Shown here piece by piece: positions 46,919 to 53,500 of a stretch of DNA of 53,500 nucleotides. The stretch lies in the IMG/VR virus record IMGVR_UViG_3300028840_003032, positions 1 through 53,500 of that record. The stretch is one strand, 5' to 3'. A model generated the notes under the pieces. The model saw only the letters and a program-made list of their open reading frames with translations. It was not told the DNA's origin and did not search any database. A program made the translations under genes and the position numbers. Source of the stretch: a virus (taxonomy: Duplodnaviria; Caudoviricetes). Position 1 is the first letter of the stretch. Each line of letters opens with the position of its first letter.

Positions 46919-47826
46919 AAGCCGACATCATCATCTTAGACGGGCGCCATCTCCTATGGAGGACGGTGGACGCCTTCGGTATGTTGAGCGCGGAACTGGG
47001 CGATGTAGAGGTAGCGACGGGCGGCATCTACGGTTTCTTGTCGGTCGCAATTCGTATCCACCAGCGCTATGGGGGAAGGGTCATCGTTGCGTGGGAAGGT
47101 CGGAACAACTTCCGATACAAATTGTATCCCGAGTATAAAAAGAAATCCGAACCGGATGAAGAGAGGTTAGAATTTATCCAAGAGATGATTGATCAGGAGA
47201 CGCGATTGAAAGCCATTCTCAGAGCCATCGGAGTCGATCAGTACAGGGGAATCCGCTGCGAGGCGGATGACGTGATAGGCTCTTTAGCTCATTACTACGC
47301 TGAGGCGAAACGGCGCGTGGTAATCTATACGGGTGACAGCGACCTCCGGCAACTCGTTGACGACCTCGTCACTGTAGTGGCGCCTGGGAGACGCGGGAAC
47401 GATACGGTGTTTGACGAAGAGGCGGTCATCGCTAAACACGAGGTGTCGCCGCCTCGCCTCGCTGACCTCAAGGCGCTCGCTGGCGACTCTTCCGATAACA
47501 TCCCCGGCGTGAAGGGAGTAGGACCGAAGACGGCCGCAAAGCTCATTAACGCCTATGGGGACATCGAGGACGTCATACACGCCGCAAAGATCAACGGCGC
47601 CGCGAAACCTCCTTGGCCGGTCGCTGAGCGATTCCGAGAAGCAATTGCCGAGGTGGAAGACGACATCCGCCTATTCAAAAAGCTAACGCTCATCGACGGG
47701 CAACGGCAGATGAGGCGCATCGAGCCCAAGCGGGATAAGAAGCGCGTCATTCGTCAATTGATGGCGTACAAGTTCCGGTCGCTGATGGCTCCGGCCGAAT
47801 TGAACGAACTAATGAGGATGGGGTAG
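46915..47826 (+). CDS. 5'-3' exonuclease / flap endonuclease (PolI N-terminal-like)
   Basis: 'LDG', 'FRYKLYPEYK', 'EADDVIG', 'TGDSDLRQL' and 'GDSSDNIPGVKGVGPKTA'. Confidence 0.93.
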   Translation: MKADIIILDGRHLLWRTVDAFGMLSAELGDVEVATGGIYGFLSVAIRIHQRYGGRVIVAWEGRNNFRYKLYPEYKKKSEPDEERLEFIQEMIDQETRLKAILRAIGVDQYRGIRCEADDVIGSLAHYYAEAKRRVVIYTGDSDLRQLVDDLVTVVAPGRRGNDTVFDEEAVIAKHEVSPPRLADLKALAGDSSDNIPGVKGVGPKTAAKLINAYGDIEDVIHAAKINGAAKPPWPVAERFREAIAEVEDDIRLFKKLTLIDGQRQMRRIEPKRDKKRVIRQLMAYKFRSLMAPAELNELMRMG

Positions 47827-47829
47827 CCG

Positions 47830-48432
47830 ATGGGCTTCGGTCGATTGAAGACGCTTGAGAAGCTAGAAACGACCTACAGCGATTGCGACCGCTGCGAGCT
47901 ATCGAAGGGACGCACCCAGCTCGTTCACTGGCGAGGTTCCCCGAAAGCTAAGTTGCTCCTCATCGGGGAGGCGCCGGGAGCGAAGGAAGATGAGAAGGGA
48001 GTTCCATTTGTAGGCGCCGCTGGAAGACTACTCGATGGGTTGCTTATCAAAGCCGGTCTCAAGCCATCGCGAGACGTCTTCATCATCAATACCGTCGCGT
48101 GTAGACCTCCGGGCAATCGGGCGCCTACATTCGACGAACATCGCGCCTGTCGGAAGCGAACCGCATTCCTCATCGACATCGTCCGGCCGAAAGTCATAAT
48201 GCTCTTCGGAGCGACCGCTGCGAAACGAATGGCCGGTGTAGGACCGATCACCGCGTGGAGAGGTAGCTTCACCGAGGTAGAATCTTGGACCGTCAACGAT
48301 GGGACTCGCGTCTATCCGGCGATGCCGACCTTTCATCCATCGTACCTAATGAGAAAGGGACGCGACCCGGAGATACAAGCGTTGATGATAGCAGATATTT
48401 CGAAGGCGTGGAGAGTTGCGAATGAGTCGTAA
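47830..48432 (+). CDS. Family-4 uracil-DNA glycosylase
   Basis: CxxC-L, 'IGEAPG..ED..G.PFVG.AG', 'CRPPGNRAP' and 'FHPSY'. Confidence 0.92.
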   Translation: MGFGRLKTLEKLETTYSDCDRCELSKGRTQLVHWRGSPKAKLLLIGEAPGAKEDEKGVPFVGAAGRLLDGLLIKAGLKPSRDVFIINTVACRPPGNRAPTFDEHRACRKRTAFLIDIVRPKVIMLFGATAAKRMAGVGPITAWRGSFTEVESWTVNDGTRVYPAMPTFHPSYLMRKGRDPEIQALMIADISKAWRVANES

Positions 48433-48835
48433 CACATCTCGCAGGAAGAAGAAAGACAAGGAACGCAAGGGCTACAATAGCACAAAGGCGCGGGCATCTC
48501 GCAGAGCGAAGAAGCAACGTGAGAGACAGGGCGTTCAAGAGAAGCAACCCGCACCGACAGCGAACGCGAGAACGATTAAAGCGATGATGCTTGAGGAGAA
48601 AGTAAAGGGCAACTTCAAAGACTACGTTATCATCACGGGCAATCGTCTTCTCGATTGGAGGAGTAGCTACTCAATCACCGTCGATGAGGGCCATACGCTT
48701 GGAGTAAATGGCGTTGCGCTCGTCCATAAGAAGAAGCTTCATATGATAATCGGAGACGAGCAAGCGAAACAATTTTGGCATCCCCAGTTAGGTAGGATAA
48801 TGGAGGTGCCGGAAGGAACGAAACCGAGCGAATGA
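48422..48835 (+). CDS. Hypothetical protein with a basic N-terminus
   Basis: Overlap-coupled ORF in the operon. Confidence 0.6.
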   Translation: MSRNTSRRKKKDKERKGYNSTKARASRRAKKQRERQGVQEKQPAPTANARTIKAMMLEEKVKGNFKDYVIITGNRLLDWRSSYSITVDEGHTLGVNGVALVHKKKLHMIIGDEQAKQFWHPQLGRIMEVPEGTKPSE

Positions 48836-49050
48836 CTCTCAGGCAAACGTTCGGCGCTAGGTTCGACCCGAACAAAGAGTACATGACGGCGTCGGAGCGT
48901 GCGTTGTTCGAAGGTATGAGAAGCTCCGGTGAGCTTTCATTTTATCGAATCGGCGTATGCAAGCAATGCGGCGCGGACGTCCTCAAGGAAAAAAAATTTT
49001 GTAGTCGGCAATGCAAGGAGAATCACGATGAGACCGGGAAAATGGATTGA
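48832..49050 (+). CDS. Small Zn-finger protein
   Basis: CKQCG...FCSRQC. Confidence 0.6.
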   Translation: MTLRQTFGARFDPNKEYMTASERALFEGMRSSGELSFYRIGVCKQCGADVLKEKKFCSRQCKENHDETGKMD

Positions 49051-49252
49051 TGAGTTGATCGAGTCGGTAGGGGAGTTCATGTCGCTCGAAACGGTGGACG
49101 GCGTGATGCGCGAGGGTCGCATCTCCGGGTTTACCTATCGCAGCTTCATCTTCAACGGAGATGAAGTTCAATTGCCGATAGAAATCGAAGTGAACGGCGA
49201 CCCAAACGACCGTATCCCAATCGACCGAATCGCAACGCTGAGTCTTGAGTAA
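49028..49252 (+). CDS. Small beta-rich (Sm/SH3-like) hypothetical protein
   Basis: Coupled ORF with 'REGRISGF...IPIDRIATL'. Confidence 0.55.
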   Translation: MRPGKWIDELIESVGEFMSLETVDGVMREGRISGFTYRSFIFNGDEVQLPIEIEVNGDPNDRIPIDRIATLSLE

Positions 49253-49670
49253 AGACGCTCCCAGAAAGGGAGTTCATCCCAAGCATCCGCGCTGTCCCGA
49301 TTGCGGCAAGGCTTTGTACAAATCCGCCGTCCCCGCCCGCGTGAAGAAGTCTGATCCGTGGAAGTACTGTCGCAACGTCGAATGCGACTCGTTCGGCGTC
49401 GTGGAAGAGGCGAAAGAGGAAGCGACGGAACCGAAGGAAGTCGCACCGCCTCCTCCACCTTCGAAAGAACCGATTGAGGAGCACGCGGCGGTCAAGCAAG
49501 CACGCGAAAGAATCCAAAAAGCGTTGCGCGGAAATACCGGTCATGAGCGCAATATCGTCGGTCTTTCGCTCGCACTACTCGCCCAAGAACTAGGCCACCG
49601 AAAGTTCGCAAATGAGCTCATCGATGAGTACAATCTGGACGAGCTTTTCGGTATTCAAAAGGCCGAATAA
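49245..49670 (+). CDS. Zn-ribbon protein, N-terminal domain paralogous to 38844..39386
   Basis: GVHPKHPRCPDCGKALYK...VKKSDPWKYCRNVEC. Confidence 0.7.
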   Translation: MSKDAPRKGVHPKHPRCPDCGKALYKSAVPARVKKSDPWKYCRNVECDSFGVVEEAKEEATEPKEVAPPPPPSKEPIEEHAAVKQARERIQKALRGNTGHERNIVGLSLALLAQELGHRKFANELIDEYNLDELFGIQKAE

Positions 49671-49790
49671 CCGCGTACAATCGGCGTCTTTTCCGCCCAA
49701 ATTCTCCTCTTTTTCAAAATAGGGATGCGGCTAAAAAATTAAAGATTTCAACGCGTTGTAATTTTCTTTTGAAAAAGCGCGTATCTTCTC

Positions 49791-49859
49791 TTTACTATTA
49801 GATTGAAAAGAACTAAATTTTATGTATGGAGATGGTCTCAAAAAAAAGGGGAAACGAAA
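49791..49859 (+). promoter_or_regulatory. Putative early (sigma70-like) promoter, copy 2
   Basis: TTTACT-17bp-TAAATT in an AT-rich island. Shares a ~48-nt block with 22578-22625. Confidence 0.65.
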
Positions 49860-50075
49860 ATGAGGACGAGCGAAGACATGGGGATCAGAATAAACGACGA
49901 AGTCACTTTCAGAAATCGCCATACCGGGCGGACGCACACCGGTGTAGTCGTCTCGCTAGTTAGCGGAACCGGAACGCGGGAAGATTTTTTGGTGGGTCTT
50001 CGGGTCCACGGGTGGGAATACGCTAACGGGGAAAATCCGACCCTTATCCATACTCGGATGATCGTGAAAGGTTAG
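49860..50075 (+). CDS. Small hypothetical early protein (SH3-like)
   Basis: SD AAGGGG; first gene after promoter copy 2. Confidence 0.65.
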   Translation: MRTSEDMGIRINDEVTFRNRHTGRTHTGVVVSLVSGTGTREDFLVGLRVHGWEYANGENPTLIHTRMIVKG

Positions 50076-50081
50076 AGGGAG

Positions 50082-50142
50082 AACGGGGGACGGAAACCCC
50101 CTACACATAGCCCCAACGGGCGAAAAGAAAAGGAGTCCAAAA
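50082..50142 (+). promoter_or_regulatory. Conserved two-hairpin intergenic element plus RBS, copy 2
   Basis: GGGGG-acggaaa-CCCCC, tacacata, GCCC-caac-GGGC, A-rich, GGAGTCCAAA. Confidence 0.7.
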
Positions 50143-50742
50143 ATGAGAACCACAACGGGAGTAAACAAGGCGAGGAAGAGGCTGGAAGAGGACATGGACA
50201 CGCGCAGGACGTCGTTCATCGAAGCGGTCCGGGAATCGCTCATCGACGCGGGCCACGAACTCGATACCGGCCACGGCGTTTCGCGAGTGGACGACATCGG
50301 CATCTACATGGAGGTCGGCAAGCAGGATTCGGGCGGCGCTTTCCGGACGCATTACAACGGCCGACTCTACTACACGCTGGGAGACTACGGCAACAAGCAA
50401 ACGTACCCGGAGCCCAAAAAGGGTTTCGACGTCGCCAAGGCGGTCGAGAGAATTCTGGAACGGGTCGAAGGCGGGAAGAGGCGGAAGGAGGCTCGCAAGA
50501 AGAGTGACGAGAAGAAGAAAGCGGCCAAGGTCACTCTTCGCAGGGCGTGCGCGAAAATCGAGATGGACGAGCACAACCGACCGAAGGACTGGAGCGATGA
50601 GGCGGACTTGCGATGGGATAAGAAGTCCCCGGAGACGCTTCGCAAGGTCAAGACGCTCGACGCGGACCGGGTTGAGGCGACGTTCGCCCTCACCCCGGAG
50701 ATGTTTGAGAAGGTCGTGAAACTGATCGACGTGATCGGATAA
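50143..50742 (+). CDS. Hypothetical early protein
   Basis: GGAGTCCAAAAATG RBS. Confidence 0.75.
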   Translation: MRTTTGVNKARKRLEEDMDTRRTSFIEAVRESLIDAGHELDTGHGVSRVDDIGIYMEVGKQDSGGAFRTHYNGRLYYTLGDYGNKQTYPEPKKGFDVAKAVERILERVEGGKRRKEARKKSDEKKKAAKVTLRRACAKIEMDEHNRPKDWSDEADLRWDKKSPETLRKVKTLDADRVEATFALTPEMFEKVVKLIDVIG

Positions 50743-50756
50743 TAAAGGAGTCCAAA

Positions 50757-51860
50757 ATGAAAACGACGAAAGAAGAAAAGACGACGAAGGTGGAGACGAG
50801 CTATCTGATGTGGGTCGGTGCCGCTCACTACCCCACGATCAAAAGCTACGTCGAAGAGGCGCTTGAGATGGGTATCTCAAAGCGACTCCCGAACGCGGCG
50901 GTGGCGGAGAAGATGCTTGAGGCGAACACGGTCGTATTCGTCGCCCACGACGAAGGCGAGTATCACGAATGCCCCGAGTGCTTGGGGACTATCGAGTGCC
51001 CCGAGTGTCGCAAGCGGTCGGAGCGAATCAACCGCCTCAAAATCGAGCGTGAGGACTTCTGCGAAGAGGAGATGGCGCTGGAGTCGAAGGTCAAGAAGAT
51101 GGAACTGGAGGTCGCCAACTCCGAAGAGAGGGATCACGACGCGACGGACGCCCTCAAGGAGAAGATCAAGGAGACGAAGACGAAGATGAAGCGCTGCGAG
51201 ACGAAGACTCAGAAGCGCAGCGAGAAAATCCACGAGCTTCTTGCCGAGCAAATGAACTGCGTCGATTGCGACGGGGAAGGGACGATGAGCGGCGGAACGG
51301 GCGGCAAGGTCGTCTTCGGGGATAAGGACGTTTGGGAATACCGGCGTTACAACTACTGGCTCCACCTTCCGAAGAAGTGGACCGCCGAAAAGAAGAACGG
51401 CGTGGCGGCCGAAGAGATGTGCGAGAACTGCGGCGGCACCGGGCGCCTCCCCAACGGTCGAATCTTCGGGATGTTCCTCCCCAGCGCCACCGAATACGTC
51501 CTCAAGCCTGAGGATGAGGAAGAGTTCAAAAAGGAAATCGAAGCGAAGGGCATCGAGACGGTAGCGAAGACGATAGTGGAAGCGGAACGGAAGCGCGGCT
51601 GCGGCAAGCGGAAGGCGGGCGGATACTACGCCGTCACGAACCCGAAGACGGCGACCGCCGAAGAGGTGACGACGAAGATGAAGGAGCTAATCGAAAAGGG
51701 CGTCATCAAGTACGAAGAGGTGAAGGTGAGCGGCAACTTCGTAGAATTTTTGGCGCCGGTCGAAATCGCTTCAAAGCGGTTCCGAGGTATCAAGCGGTGG
51801 TCTCTCGACCCGGCTGCGGAAGAGGAAGCGGAGATGGCGCTTGACGCGATGGAGGACTAG
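50757..51860 (+). CDS. Hypothetical protein with DnaJ-like CxxCxGxG zinc motifs and a coiled-coil insert
   Basis: CPECLG, CPEC, CVDCDGEG, CENCGGTG and 'RGCGKRKAGGYY'; GGAGTCCAAAATG RBS. Confidence 0.75.
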   Translation: MKTTKEEKTTKVETSYLMWVGAAHYPTIKSYVEEALEMGISKRLPNAAVAEKMLEANTVVFVAHDEGEYHECPECLGTIECPECRKRSERINRLKIEREDFCEEEMALESKVKKMELEVANSEERDHDATDALKEKIKETKTKMKRCETKTQKRSEKIHELLAEQMNCVDCDGEGTMSGGTGGKVVFGDKDVWEYRRYNYWLHLPKKWTAEKKNGVAAEEMCENCGGTGRLPNGRIFGMFLPSATEYVLKPEDEEEFKKEIEAKGIETVAKTIVEAERKRGCGKRKAGGYYAVTNPKTATAEEVTTKMKELIEKGVIKYEEVKVSGNFVEFLAPVEIASKRFRGIKRWSLDPAAEEEAEMALDAMED

Positions 51861-51863
51861 ACG

Positions 51864-52454
51864 ATGAAGACGGAAACGCAACAACAGAAGAACGCGATGA
51901 AGGCGCTTGAGAAGTTCTTGGTGAACGGCGGTCAGCCGGGATTCGAGATACTAACGATGCCCGGCAAGATCAAAGTCGGGCTCAAGGCGGGACCGGAGCC
52001 GCATATGAACGGCGGCAACTATCAAATCGCCTACATCGTTAAAGGCGAGGACGATGACCATGAGCCGGACTTCCGCTACATCATCGCCGCGAAGACGCTT
52101 GAGCTTGCGCGGGAATTCGAGTTGAAGAACCCGTCGATCATCGACGGTCGAATACACTTCCAGCACGACCTTCCGGAGATGGCGACTGTGTACCTCGTGG
52201 ACGGGACGGGACCACGTGGGAACGTCTACAAAGAGTGGCTCCAAATCGACGTTAAGCGAGGCGCCTATCGTCATACGCCGGGAAGCGATAGCGCCTATGG
52301 TGCTCCGCTTGAGGAGGACGCTGTCTCCATGCCCAGCGCCCACGGCGGCAACGACTTACCCGGACCGGGAGCGCCCGCAAAGAGAGTTGATAGCTACAAC
52401 TCTGTCGATGATCTTCGGAAGGCGCTCCAACGGGGAGACTTTGAGAGGCGGTAG
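51864..52454 (+). CDS. Hypothetical protein (paralog of the next gene)
   Basis: FLxxGGxP N-terminal motif; C-terminal SYNSVDDLRKALQRGDFER. Confidence 0.7.
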   Translation: MKTETQQQKNAMKALEKFLVNGGQPGFEILTMPGKIKVGLKAGPEPHMNGGNYQIAYIVKGEDDDHEPDFRYIIAAKTLELAREFELKNPSIIDGRIHFQHDLPEMATVYLVDGTGPRGNVYKEWLQIDVKRGAYRHTPGSDSAYGAPLEEDAVSMPSAHGGNDLPGPGAPAKRVDSYNSVDDLRKALQRGDFERR

Positions 52455-52500
52455 TTCATCGCTCCGTCGCTTCGTTCGGTAGAAGAAAGCGAGGTGAAAA

Positions 52501-53061
52501 GTGGAAGGTCGAAGTATAGGACGGGAAGAGGCGCTCACCGACGCGGTGGACACGTTTTTGAATCGCGGCGGTCGCCCGCATTTACAGATTCGAGGAACCG
52601 GTGATGACGAGTATCGACTTGATGGCTCAACGGGAACGTCTCCTCAATTGGAAGGCGTGCCGTGCGCGGTCGTCTTCGTCCTCTTCTCAACCTCATCCGA
52701 CGCTCACGGGCGGTTCTATTTCGTCGGTGCGGAGACGTTAGGAGAGGGAGAATTATTTCAAAACGATCACGAAGAGGAGATCATCGGCAAGATCAACTAC
52801 GGTTCTTGGCGCCACTTGGGTTCGGTTTTCGTCCATAACGGGAAGGGAAAGTGGTATCCGCATATCCGGTTAGACCATAAGCGCGAAGTGTACTCCATCA
52901 TTACGAAGGAACCGGGTGAGAACGACGTAGCGGTGGGACCGGAGATACGCCCCAAACCGAAGTCGAAGAAGAAGCCGAAAGAGGCGCCGAAGACGAACCG
53001 CAGTTTCAACTCCGTCGATGACTTCCGAGATGCCCTTCAGAAAGGCGACTTTGAGCGATGA
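52501..53061 (+). CDS. Hypothetical protein (paralog of the previous gene)
   Basis: FLNRGGRP; C-terminal SFNSVDDFRDALQKGDFER. Confidence 0.7.
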   Translation: MEGRSIGREEALTDAVDTFLNRGGRPHLQIRGTGDDEYRLDGSTGTSPQLEGVPCAVVFVLFSTSSDAHGRFYFVGAETLGEGELFQNDHEEEIIGKINYGSWRHLGSVFVHNGKGKWYPHIRLDHKREVYSIITKEPGENDVAVGPEIRPKPKSKKKPKEAPKTNRSFNSVDDFRDALQKGDFER

Positions 53062-53500
53062 AGTCGGTCGCCATAAGACTCCTTCAACGGACGTCGTTCT
53101 CAGCGCCGGAAGAGTGTTGGGAATGGGGCGGTTCAACGACCGAATACGGGCACGGAAGGATATGGGTGGAAGGACGGGTCGAAAGGGCGCACCGCGTCTC
53201 CTATCGCCTCTTCAACGGACCGATTCCCGATGGGGAGGTCGTTCGGCATACCTGCGATAATCCTCGCTGCGTCAATCCTCGCCATCTCCTACTCGGAACG
53301 CCTGCGGATAACGCCCAGGATATGGTCGAACGCGGGCGCCATCGGTCCGGATACGCTAAAATCACCGCAGATGACGCTGTATTCATCCGAGAACGTGCGG
53401 CGCTTGGGACTCCGACCGAAGACCTGCGACATCAATTCGGTCTTTCTACGTCGAATCTCGCACGCCTCCTCAACCGGGAGATATGGGCCAACGCGGAAGG
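53058..53500 (+). CDS. HNH homing endonuclease-like protein (3' truncated; missing from the ORF track)
   Basis: Manual translation from the ATGA overlap gives ECWEWGG...AHRVSYRLFNGPIPDGEVVRHTCDNPRCVNPRHLLLGTPADNAQDMVERGR. Confidence 0.9.
   Translation, partial: MKSVAIRLLQRTSFSAPEECWEWGGSTTEYGHGRIWVEGRVERAHRVSYRLFNGPIPDGEVVRHTCDNPRCVNPRHLLLGTPADNAQDMVERGRHRSGYAKITADDAVFIRERAALGTPTEDLRHQFGLSTSNLARLLNREIWANAE

Noticed and set aside
1-53500. Full stop-codon reassignment (genetic code 15 or 4)
   Set aside because: Conserved genes are uninterrupted under code 11 and coding density is high. Only partial read-through remains possible.

Overview
This window is a 53.5-kb slice of a large dsDNA contractile-tailed (myovirus-like) phage genome. 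All credible genes are on the + strand. The order is: end of the tape-measure gene, baseplate and tail-fibre genes (1-15120); a holin/spanin-like lysis trio (15130-16270); a replication block with SF2 helicase, HTH initiator, DnaC-like loader, DnaB and primase (16319-22522); early operon 1 with an AT-rich promoter, MoxR/CobS ATPase, VWA/CobT protein and sigma factor (22567-28477); a tightly coupled nucleotide/sugar-metabolism cluster with a UGM-like flavoprotein, MazG-HAD fusion, atypical ThyX, UDP-sulfoquinovose synthase, class-III aminotransferase and dNMP kinase (28491-34207); then DnaE, HU, UvsY-like, SSB, RecA, SbcDC, RuvC, 5'-3' exonuclease and UDG (34646-48432); and early operon 2 ending in an HNH gene (49790-53500). 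Three things stand out. (1) A three-hairpin RNA at 28377-28477 has a terminator loop AUUUGGACUCC that is the antisense of the GGAGUCCAAA ribosome-binding motif shared by four early genes, so it is a candidate 3'UTR-derived anti-RBS sRNA circuit. (2) The SqdB/ThyX/aminotransferase/kinase cluster is a candidate novel DNA hypermodification pathway. (3) A pseudoknot-capable leader RNA sits in front of the replication initiator. All calls are by eye from motifs and synteny; no searches or folding programs were run.
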